A stretch of 63,997 nt of DNA, filler included, from Choristocarpus tenellus KU-1152 (lineage: Eukaryota > Protista > Phaeophyceae): the NCBI GenBank assembly GCA_964200185.2. It is 10 parts of 10 records of this genome, joined end to end, with 100 filler letters (N's around TTAATTAATTAA, not from the genome) between each part and the next. Parts side by side here need not be neighbours in the genome. Positions count along the whole stretch, not along the records: positions 33,942 to 56,356 come from CAXNAD020000285.1; positions 56,457 to 61,377 come from CAXNAD020012528.1; positions 61,478 to 63,997 come from CAXNAD020027127.1; 7 more parts are not named here. The stretch is one strand, 5' to 3'. Under the pieces are notes generated by a model that was given only the letters and a program-made list of their open reading frames with translations, was not told where the DNA came from and made no database searches. The position numbers were made by a program, and so were the translations under genes. Positions 49,701 to 62,075 of this stretch are shown piece after piece. Numbering within the stretch: the first letter of the stretch is position 1; each line of letters opens with the position of its first letter.

Positions 49701-52081
49701 GGAAATCCAAGGAATGAGGTGACTACTCGGGACCTAGACATAGACTAGCTAGTTGATGACCTACAGAATAGGCCATGCAGCACCTTGACATATCATTGTG
49801 TGAAGAATTTGAGATAATATGATGCCATCAAGGTTAATGTCTCTTCCAAGACTCTTGCCTCATTGGTATAATGTTATCTCAATCTCTTAACACACAACAT
49901 CAGAATTACTTGCTCAATCAATTTGTATGGTCACACATGAAACAATCAGTAATGTATCATACCTTAATGATGACACAAAAAGTAACAGTTACCAGATCAT
50001 ATTCAGCAAGTCATAGGCATGAGCAAGGGACACTTGGGACTGACATCCAAAGCAATCTGCTCCCTTTTGGGGAATTAATCCCTAGTCTACATGGTCGACC
50101 AAACTTGCTGCCATGACAGGAACCACACATCTGTAATGTACCGTATCAAGGTTTTTGTCAAAAAAATCAGTTTGGATATACAATGTCAAGGTCACCTTTC
50201 TTCACATTCATTAACGTTTCACCCCATGAGAAAAAGAGAAAACAAACCAAAGACAGATGAGGACAGAAAAATCAAAATGCCTTTGAATTTCTAAAATGGA
50301 TTATTGGTACCAACAAATCTCTACCCCTGGATAGAAATAATGCATTGTGCTTCCAGTCTATCTGAAGCATATTGTATGCTGTACCTCATTACACAGTTGC
50401 ATTACTTGTATCCCCACTATGATTGACACATTGTTCCACAAACCTCAACCTTTCTTCATGCAAGTTTCATTCAAGAATGATAGGTCTCAAAACAACAAAA
50501 CTCCAACCACAATTATATATTGGAATATTTTGTCTCTCAAATATGTCTACGGAAAATTGGCTCCACACCAAAATGGTGAGATGAGTTCATACACTATCAA
50601 AGAGCTTAGGCTTAAGGAACTCAACATAGAATTGTAACTGGTCTGTTGCTGTCGCCTAACTACTCAGCAATAGGTACTATGACCCTAGCACACCTCCTGT
50701 ACTATAAATCCATGAATCTAACCTTGTATCTACCTCCAGATTGAACAATGAGAAACTTCTTTTGATTCGAGGGGTTCAGCTATCTATGCTCACCTATGAG
50801 CAACATGAGTCCCACATGGATTTGTGGCAATACAAAGTAAACAAAAAGATTCTGACCTTGTTTCTAAACTTCCGTCATTGATTGACACTATTGCTGCAAC
50901 TACACACGTTTATCAATAAAAAACCACCTTGACACAATGCGCACTTACCTGTTCTGAATGGGTATCAATACATTTTGTGATTGGGAGAATCAGGAAATTG
51001 GAAAGGTATCTGACAAAGGAAAGAAGACCTACACTTTGACTGAAGACAAGAGGTTGCAAAGACTGCAATTGGATGCATGAGGTGATAGATTTCATTGACA
51101 AATGTTAACAAGCGATGATTACCAACAAAGTTTTGCGCACCTCTTCGCTTTCATCTTCTTGAAGAATGGCTAACCCTTCCGTAGCCTGTTCTTGCCCGGT
51201 CTCCTCCTCATTGTCAAAGTAGCTCACGCTGAATAGTGCAGTTCCATTAGTATCTTGCAATAAGCGGTGACCCTCCTTTCTCAAGCCCCGCAAATAACTT
51301 GCGAATGTCTGGAGCTTTCGGCGAGTAGTAGTACCCTCTACAATCACACTAATCGAACTAGAGTCCCCCATACCCAACACATTTTGGATGCCCACCTCAA
51401 TAGCATCTCCTGCACCATCATCTTCAAGTGACTGTGTAGGTGCTGTCAACACCCCATTCAGAAGAGTTGCTTGCGAGGGTGTCATGGTAGATATCACCGT
51501 GGGCGCAGGTGATGGTGGACTGGGGGTGCCCTCATCTGTGAACATAGTGGGGACAGGCGTGTCTGACAACCATTTGGAAGGAACGGATGATGGAAGGTAA
51601 AAGCGAAGAAGAGGAGTTTCAATAGTAGCCAAGAGGCCTGATAGATACTAGGTTAGATTATTTGGCGTCCAGAATAGCGGATACTTCGTGGATCATCTGC
51701 GTTTGCCAAGCAGTCTTCGCGGAGTGACGGGGGAATAGTTGCCGACATAAAAGACCATTTGCGATATCTGTGAAAAATCTGTTCATGCTAGAGTAGTGGT
51801 AATGACAATACTTATTGACAAGGTGGTGTAAACAATGACAGAGGCACAACCAGGAAGAACAAGTCGCTGTAAGTATGAACCGAGGTTGCCAAATGTCTAT
51901 TTCGAGTCGAAAGTATTGTTGAGGTGCCAGCAGTTGTTCTTTTACTGAAAGCTGTACCTGAGGCCAATCGGGTGTCGCTAGGTGTAGGAGAGGATGTGAG
52001 CTGCCCATCTGCGCCACTATGGATAAGAATTAGTCCTCCAAGGAAAATCTTCCAGCAAGTTTGACGGTGCGCCTGCATCAT
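46773..52081 (-). CDS. Uncharacterised single-pass type I membrane protein (~709 aa), 6 exons
   Basis: Phase-consistent GT-AG exons 52081-51958, 51535-51141, 48917-48333, 48095-47977, 47842-47107, 46943-46773 (2130 nt). Signal-like N-terminus (WKIFLGGLILIHSGADG), Pro/Thr/Ser-rich ectodomain, TM helix WVIAIIIIAVAAVAAVCVCVSLGWCY followed by RKKK, long Ser/acidic tail. Confidence 0.8.
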
Positions 52082-54659
52082 AGGCCTGTTCAGGAGGCAA
52101 ACAGAAGGCCGTGCGATTAGAATTTAAGGACAAGAAGATCAGTCGCAAATCCATCAATATTCACTCTACGAGGAGAAGATCGACATATTTCGACTTCAAT
52201 TCCTCCCTCAGTCCTATCTGATTGTTTGAAATGAATTTCCACAAATAAAGTTTAACGGGAAGGGACTTGGTAATTGCACAAAGTCGAGCACCTCCTATCT
52301 CGGCGCATACCATATTTACATGTTTAAAAGTCAACCTCCAGAAGATTGGTTCACCACACCTTACTGGTACAGTCACTACAACCCCCAGGAGATTGATTCC
52401 CTCACCTTGTTGACACACTCCCCAAACTTAGACGGTCCGCACGGACAAGTGTAGGGTTATGGAAGCATTGTTATATCGTGGAATATATGTATGTACTTCC
52501 TCTTCTCTCCGATATACTTTTATATACTATTAATATATATCATTTCTCAGAAAACGATATCAACTATCTACAAGAATTTTTGTGGAAGTGATGACACCAT
52601 TTCTTCTAGTTATTATTATGTAGGTAAGGTGTAGGTTGTGTAATAAATACTGGGAAGAAAAATAAATAGGAAAAATAAAATAACTTAGTGTAACTAAGTT
52701 AGTAATAATGTAGATAGTATTATAAATTCTATTCGAAAATGCAATTTGTTGCTACCACTACTACTATAGATTTTGTGACATGAGTAGGGGCAATTTTTAC
52801 CTGTCATGAGTAAGTTGGAGAGATTGGACCTGTAGGTAGGGTAGCTAAGTTGTGGGACTCCTTTCCTTGTTTCTACACCACCTTCATAGCACCACCGTTT
52901 TTCGAACAGTTTGAGAAATAGTTCTAGCAAGTTTCTTGTGTTTTCAAACTATTTACAGTAGTTTATTTTTGTGCTGTTTGTATTCTTTACCTTACATGTT
53001 TCTTCCCTCCATCCATGAAAACATCTGCAAAATAATTGTGGACAGATATTAAAATGTTCTCCATATTCCAGTAATATTGGATTCCTCGAGGTTCAGGGAA
53101 ATCTGGTTTCCGATTATTCAAAGTTCACGTCACGAAGGACTACAGAATGTGCACCTAACTTACTTCCACTACTATATTTCCTGTCGCCTGTACGCTACTA
53201 TAAAAGCACGGGAAAATCGGAAACAAGGTGCTAACTGAGGGTTAATTTACGGAGCAACGTCGAGGAAGGTCTGCCACCTTAGTTCTAGGCAGGAGGGAAG
53301 GCATGGCAGTTGAACCCCATCCAAGGAGAAGGAGGAAGAGCAAATATTGGTCGTATTGTTATATATAGTGTTAGTTCAAGGGATACTATGAGGGATGGTG
53401 TTCAATTACAGGACTTAAAGAGTGCATGGCATAGTGGTGGTGTTGCTTCGCTTAGTATCTACTCCTAGTACTTCCAGTCTTACTTTGTGTGCGGTAGATT
53501 TTGAAACAAAGTGCATAGCACCATGTTTGACAATGAACTCATCCTGACCACTCCTGTGATGATGCATACCCTAATGCACTGCCAGAGTTACCAGCTCATT
53601 GTCACCAATTGTCACACACAACATGACCCCCATGCTTCTCATCTTATTGATAAGACAGTCCCCTCTGTCAGGTTGAAACTCATAAACCAGTAGCTAGATC
53701 TAGTCAGGATCTTCAACGAAAGAGATCTAGGCAAAGAGGAGGGTGGGCGGACAGGGAGACACGGGCGCAAGAAGACAAGGGGTGTACAGCCCATAATGCT
53801 GCAAGCTGAGAGGTGTTGGAGTCAGATCGGCACCACTCCAAAGGAACATTGAAGGAGAGGGTCCTAGGCAATGCTGACTGCTTGGGGGGAAAGGGAGGAG
53901 TATCTTTGAAAGATATACCAGGTAGTAGCAGTAGTGCTCCGGCAGCATCAGGAAGATAGGCACAGGGAAGGGCTGTGTTCCTGGAGGGAAAAGAAGAAAA
54001 GCTCTACCAGTTAGCACCCAAGATACTGTAGCAGCAACAGGATATAGGGTACTGGAGGAGGCATGGGTAGCAGAGGTGGTCTGTACCAAAGTGGCTCTTC
54101 TGCCTGTCTATGCAGAGAGTCAAGGGAACTGAAAGGGGAGAGTGTTTTGCCTGTTTTGAGTTTTTAAGATTTTTTTACTTGTCTAAAGAAGATGAAGCCA
54201 TTCGAAAATGGGCATCAATAACCTGAACTTGCTTCTTCAAACTGAACATCCTCACAAAAAGAAGTAAATGCACACCACAGCTGTGGTCGTTGTGCTCCAA
54301 AACGTATGCCACCAGAAAGTCATGGGGGTCGTTGAAACTCAGCAGCAACCCCCTCTCGGTTGATTCGGCTCAGAGGGAGGTGACCTAGGTTACTATGTAC
54401 ATGTTATTGTGGATTCTGTGCGTAACTTTGATATCTTCAAGTGACTAACAGGGAATTCCTAGCTAAAAATGGAATCGCAAGTTGGGGCCCTGTCAGGCAG
54501 CATAAATCAGGTGGATTACCTTCAGGACCAACCATCCTCTCAACAACTTGGTAAAAGTATTGAATTACAGGTAGGAGGGAAAATGGGGGGGTGTCTGCGG
54601 ATATTTGCAAATATTCAACATTTCGTGTCTAGATAAAGTTACAAAAATAAATGTGATCA

Positions 54660-55946
54660 CTTCGCTCATGGACTGTTCCAGCCTGCTGTCAGAGAGAGTG
54701 CGCCTGCACCATTTCCTGTAATAGCTAAACAAGGTTTTGGTCTTGTAACATACGATGTTATAAATGGAAAATAAACTTTATGTCAACCATTGTTGAAGTG
54801 TTTCTCGATTCCAAGAGCATTGTCAAAAGATCTTGGCGTGGATGCATGTTCAAAATAGTAGAGCCTATACCTTAATTTAGACAGAAAGTAATGGACTCAG
54901 TACAAAGAGTGTAAACTTGACACTATATTGCAACGACTACCACAATATTCCCCTATTTGTAGCGAGACATAACAATACCTGATGCATTGAATGGCACTTA
55001 TGAGTCTGACAACAATGGTACCTATTAGAACTCCTGTTTTTGTTTTCCGTACACTCAATCTTTCCATTCCTTCGTCAACTAAATGATGTTTTCTGCAGTT
55101 AACTTTACACTTTTAAATTCATACTTCATGATGCTGACATGTGTTTTACCTACTTGAGTCATAAGGAGAAGGACATCACTATCATTACCTGGAGTAATCA
55201 AGGAGAGTGCCATAACATCCAATCTGGAAACTAGTGCTCAAGCTTGCCCTTCTCCTTAACCTTCGTATTCTGGTCTGGGTTGTGAAGACCCTCTCCGTAG
55301 AGCTCAGAGCTAAGACTGCATCTCGAATTCTGTTTCCTCCCTCTCTGTTATCAGGTGGAGTGGCACCACCTACCCCTCTACAAAGTTCATCAGCCTGGCC
55401 TACAAAAGGTAACTGGCTCACTTATCTGGGCCACAGCTGTAGCAAAGTTTTATAAATAAAAGAGCTCTAAAAAGATACTGATTAGTGGCGTAAAGAGAGG
55501 CTTTATCTAATTTGTATCCCTTGTGTCCAACCCTACTTTCTTGCTATGGGCACACCTGCTTGCACACTATCTGACTGTGCACAGTCGTGACCAGTGGTGC
55601 ACCTGGCTCTCATCATTTGACTACCCTGATAAGTCTTGTTTCTCAACTCGAAGTTGTTGTATCCTGGTGAGGGCTCAATCACTGTAAGCTTCCTGGACTG
55701 TTGTTATACCTGATTGAAGGCCTGGTCCTCCACGATGGGATAAATTACTCCATCGGACTACACCTTCAACGTGTCTTAACTATTACCCGCCCGCTAAGTA
55801 CCTGAAACACTCGCTATCATATGCAAGGTGAACACAAAAATCATATTCCTTTAATCACCTGGCGGCATCCCTCCTGGAAATGTTGTTGACATAGGTAAAT
55901 TGATGCCTGATTGATAGCTGATTGAGCTGCTTCTTGCCTTTTCACC
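54660..55946 (-). CDS. Possible exons of an unidentified gene (partial)
   Basis: AG/GT-bounded open segments near 55946-55860, 55399-55189 and 54715-54660, the last two joining in phase (…DYSR|KWCRRTLSDSRLEQSMSE); no recognisable domain. Confidence 0.3.
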
Positions 55947-56032
55947 TGCAAGTGGTGTAAAGGCAAACTAGCAAGACACAGAACATTAGTGTGCAAGAAA
56001 GAAGCTGTCCCTTAAAGTGAACTGCACTCCAT

Positions 56033-56289
56033 GACCCAAAACATTTAAGAGGGTAGGAGTTTTGCCTTGTTTTTCCATCCGGGGCTTAATTTCCCACGTT
56101 TTTTTATGCCCTTTTTCGATTTTCTGTGTGAACACAGTTGCCTAAATTGTATATGACTATGAAATGTGTGTTCGGAACAAGGATATTGACACTTGCTAAC
56201 AAACACGATAGCCAAAACTCATCAAAATCACAACATTAGATTTATGACCCCGAAAGGACACGGCCCTATCCTCTTAAATGCTTTGGCTC
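56033..56289 (+). mobile_element. MITE family A, complete diverged copy (257 bp)
   Basis: TIRs GACCCAAAACATTTAAGAGGGTAGG / CCTATCCTCTTAAATGCTTTGGCTC; flanks CCAT / CTAT. Confidence 0.85.
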
Positions 56290-56306
56290 CTATGCTTAAC
56301 GAGGAA

Positions 56307-56356
56307 GAGCCAAAGTATATTAGAGGGTACAGCCGCGTCCATTTGGGGGCCAAAGT
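56307..56356 (-). mobile_element. MITE family A end, reverse orientation, truncated
   Basis: GAGCCAAAGTATATTAGAGGGTACAGCCGCGTCCATTTGGGGGCCAAA. Confidence 0.85.
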
Positions 56357-57077
56357 NNNNNNNNNNNNNNNNNNNNNNNNNNNNNNNNNNNNNNNNNNNN
56401 TTAATTAATTAANNNNNNNNNNNNNNNNNNNNNNNNNNNNNNNNNNNNNNNNNNNNGTGAAAGAGTTCAGTCCGGTGATTGTGATTGCCCCCTTGAGCAA
56501 AAAAGAACTTGGCACCTTTGACACTTTCACATTAGCAAATAATTTATTTTACTCAATGCATGCGATGGCGTTTTTGATACTATCTGTATATATACTATTA
56601 GGGTAAGGAGGTTTTTTCCCTGTGTAAACCTTACACTTCAATCAAGTAATAGTTTATCTGTTGCCACTCTTGGTGACATACAATTCAGGGTTCGAATCCC
56701 AATATGAGCATTCGTTCTTCAAAAATAGGAAAAAATGGCGAAAAAAAACACGAAGCTTGGAGTGGAGGGGCTCCTGATGGTTATGACGAATATGCTTTTA
56801 TTTTTTTTAATTCGATGTCTACATCAAAACTTGTAACAGGACAACCCCATTAGTACCACTATGCAATATTCTTATGCTCTCTAACATTTTGTGGATGTGT
56901 CTGTCTAAAAGAAAGCAATGAAAACTATACAGATGTCAGTATATGCCCTAGAGAAATACCACCATAATATTATATTTTCTGCCTCTTCATAACATATAGT
57001 TAGGAACAAGTGTATATTGAATCGAAGGTCAGGTCTAGGAGGGTGAACCAACACCAAGCGCGGTTAACATCTCAACG

Positions 57078-60000
57078 ATGGAAGATTTTTGGCCTGTTAG
57101 TCGATGGATAATCGCCGCCATGCTTGCAGGATTGATGTCATTCGATGGGATGCGGAAGAAGTCCTTGGATATGACTGGTGGTTGGGCGGTGAGTGAACCA
57201 TGGTGTAGTGCAACTAGTCATTTGAAACGTGTGCAAAAGACATCAACCCATTCGTAGATCAACTTCCTAGTCATCTTGCATTGTATCACCTTTCCCTTTC
57301 ATGCTCCAAGGCCTTCTTTGTGGGGTTTACTTCCCTTGGGATCTCATTGCGCCTGGGTTTCACGATGATCCTATTCTACAAATCCAGCTCCGTTCTGACC
57401 AAGTGTGGTTCAGATGTGAAGCGCAAGATCGCTGACGACTTCAAGGTCAGTATGGGAAGGTTAATAGGACAAGTTCTTGGTGGAGAAAAATCCACCACAT
57501 TGTGAGTCTTGGGAGGCATGGCGCTGTTAGTGAGGACTTTATCATCAGATAATGATATCCGTGCGTGTTGTTTACAAACATTCCTTTTGTTTTCTCCTGA
57601 AGGGTTCCTTACTTGCTTTAGTAGAGTGCGCCACATATTGGATGAAGATCTGTGGGAGATAAAGTAAGTTTCATGCTCCATGCAGTATTTTGAAGCATCC
57701 CATGATCTTCGTGCTGCTCCTTGCGATCTGTAGGAAGGAGGGCAGCGGGGAGCAGTGCAAGTACTTTCGTGCAGCCTCTTCGCCACACTTCTGGCCGTGT
57801 TGCGACGGTTAGTAACGGGCATGGGAGATAACAGCGTCGATTTTTCATCGGAGGCCATAGGGAGCGCACTTCTGTGCTCTATCCTCGGTTTCTATGCTTG
57901 CTGCACGGGCGACACTTGGTAGGAATCATGATCACCCCGTGCTCCCCCTCATCTTCGTGCACCTGTGTTGCAACTCACAGTGCCTCATCCTTCCAAGTGT
58001 TTTTTTCTGTTTTGTTGACACAATGGGGAAGTATCTTTGATGAAGCCTATGGCAGGACCATAGGTATGACATTGGCTGAGGGTGTGAGGACCCCACCAAG
58101 AGGTAGGCAGTTTAATTTGGAAAACGTTGCATATGATCTTGAACAATACATAGGGAGTAGTGATGGCATGTAGCTTGTTGATAAAGACAGGGAACTTTGT
58201 CGGTTTTGTTGTTACACCCATTTTATTAGAAGTAAGGGGGTAGCCCAATTTTATTACGGACATGAGCTTAAGAAATTTGGACAAGAAGTTCACCGGGTTT
58301 ATTTTGCAAATGGGGTTCTATATGCCAGTTATGCTACCATATGGACTGTATCTGAAGCTACAAATTCTCTCATGAGCTATCTTCCCCTCAACCTCTAACT
58401 CTGCCATGCAACCACTACCCAGTTGTTTCACAGATCAACAGATAAAACATGTGCGGGGAAGATGAAGCTCTTCTCTCCCTCCTAATCCACACTCCCTGAT
58501 GTTGCAATGTATGTCCCACACATGTCCCCTGCTGCGCTCTATACTCCCCCCCGATATTCCTACTTCGCTAACTGTGTTGATCAGGAGCTCAGAAATTGGC
58601 GTTCTCAGCAAGTCTCCTCCAAGGTTGATAACCAACCTCCTGCGGGTAGTACCTCCGGTGAGTCTTCGCTCTAACTGTTCACAGGGAGGTATAGTGTGGG
58701 CGTGGCCCACATCTGTGGATTGCTTATGCTACTGAAATGACGGCAACAAATGTTGCTCATGGAGGGTATGAAGTCATCTGAGGATGTGCTTGCCACGTAC
58801 CATCTTGCTTGCCTCAAGTACCCAGCAGTGAGTTATTTAGTGATTTGGAGGAGTAAGGCGGGAGGTATTAGATGTGAGCATATAGGTCAGCGATTGATTG
58901 AGTCATTGAAGAATTGTTTGTGTTTTTGAGGTGTGATGACTAGTGCGTGTTGTACTATTTCTTTGTCAAAATGACAGCGAAGTTATCCTAGAAATGATGG
59001 GCACAAGATCCAAAGTATCTGGGGGGTGGGGGGCGGTCTACACCAGGGTGTCCATTTGGTACCAAAACCAGGAAAAAGCACTTGCATTATCCATTTGATG
59101 TATGCCACCGAATCACACAAAAATTGTGACATCAAAAAATTAACCCCAAATGGACAGCCGCTACCCCACCCAGATACTTTGAACCCAAGGGTGGTGGCTG
59201 GCAGTTCCTTGGGATGTTTAGCATAGTGCAATATTTTTGAAATATTGTTTTGTATGATATCCACAATGATCTGTAAGTAGGAGGGAATAGTGTTGAGAGA
59301 CTTTCTAGTGTTGGTGAGCAACACAGTAAGATATTGTGCAATGTGCTCCTCTGTAGCTGGGCATGAGCCCTGAATAGTTATTATCAACGGTGTTTCCAAT
59401 GCATAGTATATGTCCATCATACTTGTAAGCATAGTACGGCACACCTTGACTGTGAGATCTGACTGCAGCAGGTGGAAATAAACATCACCCGAGGTGTTCC
59501 ATTTTGCGTTCCCTCCTTCCTCTCTCTGCCTGTTATGTCACTCTCCCCCTCTATGGTCCATTACAGCAATGCCGTGTCTGTCTCGCTTGCAGGGGACTAA
59601 TGGGGGCCTGTCATGGCTGGGTACACTTGGAGCGGCGGCTGGAGGATTGTTCATTGGTGCAGGTGACAAGGCCCCACTCCTCTCCTTCCGATCATGTCTT
59701 AGTTGCTCTTGAATAGATTGTGTCTGCTGAGCCACGGTTGACTACCCTCTTCGTGGCAGTGCCCGTATGTGACTCTCACCCTCACCCCCACCAGCCTGTA
59801 CTCCAACAGTATCCTGACTGTTCCCAGCTCTTGTCCATCGCATGGAACAGGAGTATTATTATTTTTTTAAATCCTACTGAAGATCCTGCTCGTAAGTCAC
59901 AGTGTACTCTGGCACAGTGTCCACACCCCCTGACCCTTTTATGATCACCCTATTTCACCATTTACCTTCCTCCTTTTCACTGCACCTTGTCCAACCTCCC

Positions 60001-60839
60001 CTGCTTGCATTCCCACGTGTTAGCACTCTTGTTGATGGGGTGGATCTTTCAAATCCCACCACCAATGTCAGGGGGATTGGGAGATGAAGGAGACTTCCCA
60101 GATCTGGTATCCCAAACCCCTTTGCTGCTCCTGGGAACCCTTTCCGGTCTGGCAGGATCTGTGCTCGATTCACTGATGGGTGCAACCCTCCAGGTCTCCT
60201 ACTATGATAGGTATTTAGCTTGTATGCTGTAGTATGCAGCGCTGTACAGTAGAAGAATGCTCCCGGAATGATCCAGGGATTGGGCCAGAATGACTAGACC
60301 AAGATCATTATATATTGGGCATTTGAAGAGTACAGACCTAAAGTGAGTTGGTATGTAAGACATTTGGAAAGGACTATTGCCCCTCTCTTGTGTTGACAGG
60401 CTTATTTCCAATGCCCACACCCCGTCCCCACTGACCAACCTCTCATCTTTGTTGTGATACTCTGTAAGTTAGTAGTAGTTACAGCTCTCCACCTTTTTTG
60501 CTTTTCAGGAGCACCAACGTCCAAGAGGGGTATAGCATGCATCTGGAGGGGTTATTGTGTATGTGTGTGTCTCCTGGTTCTTCCTGCTCATTGACTTCCC
60601 CACTGTCGGACTACCTGCAAAATTCACGCCTTGCTGTCCACCTGACTTTTGTCCCTGATATCCCATGATGTGTATACCCCCACTCCCTCTCCCCCTCCTC
60701 TCCCCCTTCCCCCCACTTCAGAGAACGCAAATGTATTGTCAACCATCTGGCGAATGTAAATGGATCAGCTCCCACGCAACAGGTTGAGGTTTTGTGTGGG
60801 GAAGATGTCCTGACAAACGAGCAAGTTAATGCTATATCG
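57078..60839 (+). CDS. TMEM19: TMEM19 / DUF92 family membrane protein, 7 exons, last exon beyond contig end
   Basis: Phase-consistent exons 57078-57188, 57311-57445, 57734-57918, 58585-58657, 59593-59662, 60024-60210, 60722-60839, with motifs RKKSLD, SSSVLTK...KEGGQR..VQV, GDTWSSEIG, PRLIT...VPPGTNGGLS..GT, GSVLDSLMGATLQ, GEDVLTNEQVN. Confidence 0.95.
59007..59185 (+). mobile_element. MITE family B, complete copy in a TMEM19 intron
   Basis: GATCCAAAGTATCTGGGGGG...CCCAGATACTTTGAACC; CAA repeated on both flanks. Confidence 0.9.
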
Positions 60840-61194
60840 GTGAGAGAGAGAGAGAGAGAGAGAGATAGGAAAGGGAGCAGGAAGTAGACCACAGGATGTC
60901 GGTGTCCTCTTGAATGCATGATTTTTTTTTGTTGGGATGTCAGGTCGTAAACGTTTTGGAGGTGTTTTGGTGTCTTGGACTGTGATGTCAGTGGCTTTGG
61001 GGTTGGGAATAGGGTGGCAGGTGGGCAGGACAGGCCTCACGCTACTTTGTTTCGATTGAGAATCATCCTTTTCCTTCTGTCTCCTTTGAATTGTGGATCT
61101 TATGCTGTCTGGCCTTGGTCAGAAATGGATGTAAGAAGCAGTTGGAATTATGTATGTGGTCATATTGTCCTAATGTAACGCCTGCTCATGTGAG

Positions 61195-61372
61195 GGCTGA
61201 AAGTATCTGGAGGGGGGGGGGGTGGCTGTCCATTTGGGGCCCATTTTTCCATGTCACGATTTTTGGGTGATTTGGTTGCATGCATTGGATAGATAATATA
61301 AGTGCACTTTTCCTGGTCAGGGCATGAATGGACAACCTGGTGTAGAACCATCCGACCACCCCCCCCCGCCAA
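61195..61372 (-). mobile_element. MITE family B, reverse orientation, near complete
   Basis: GGCTGAAAGTATCTGG(G)nTGGCTGTCCATTTGGGG...CCTGGTGTAGA; runs into the contig end. Confidence 0.85.
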
Positions 61373-61590
61373 CCCATNNNNNNNNNNNNNNNNNNNNNNN
61401 NNNNNNNNNNNNNNNNNNNNNTTAATTAATTAANNNNNNNNNNNNNNNNNNNNNNNNNNNNNNNNNNNNNNNNNNNNGCAGATGTGTCAGGGGGATGTAT
61501 ATAGTTTTCTTTGGTTTCCCCCAGACACATCTGCAAAATGTCAGAGGGCATAATAATAAATAAAATATACCTGTCGAAAGAATATTTTAT

Positions 61591-61655
61591 GTTGTTATAC
61601 CGTTATTGCTGTATGTGATATACCGTTATAACGTTATGCCTTTGTACCGATTGAG
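61591..61655 (-). repeat. Dispersed repeat family C
   Basis: Reverse complement of 33942-33998, with repeated ATACCGTTAT. Confidence 0.65.
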
Positions 61656-62075
61656 GTTCCTCGTCAAGCATCCATGATTCCAATTGCAGACCTTCCGTCA
61701 GAATGAAACCATGGAATCTCTTCACGAGACCAATCCCATAGACTTGGGACAGCTCTCGTCATTCAGAGTTGTCACACATGAGAGATTTACTTCATTCTCG
61801 CATCTTGACTGGTGGTGATGAAGCCCCCTGTCTGAAGATGCCAGCACTCCTCAATTTTCCCTGCAAGTCCTTGCAGTCTTGCACTTATCCAACCTTAACC
61901 TTGTACTCTCGGTTACGGTTTGTCTTGGTTCGTCTGGTCCGTCTTGCCCGGTGAATCTCTTCGCCACCCTTATCTGAGTGAACCACGCCGCCACAGAATC
62001 ACACGATTCACATTGGCGACACCGGTGACCTCAGAAATAGGGTGAGGGGAAGTTTTTTTTTACCACCAACGAAAC

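Noticed and set aside
53304-54132. Purine-rich plus-strand coding-like stretch starting MAVEPHPRRRRKSKY
   Set aside because: Stops in all three plus frames, no consistent splice model and no domain.
56630-56710. tRNA-like sequence (GGGTTCGAATCCC and a possible CTCTTGG anticodon loop)
   Set aside because: No acceptor stem or D-arm can be formed; at most a tRNA-derived relic. tRNAscan-SE would settle it.
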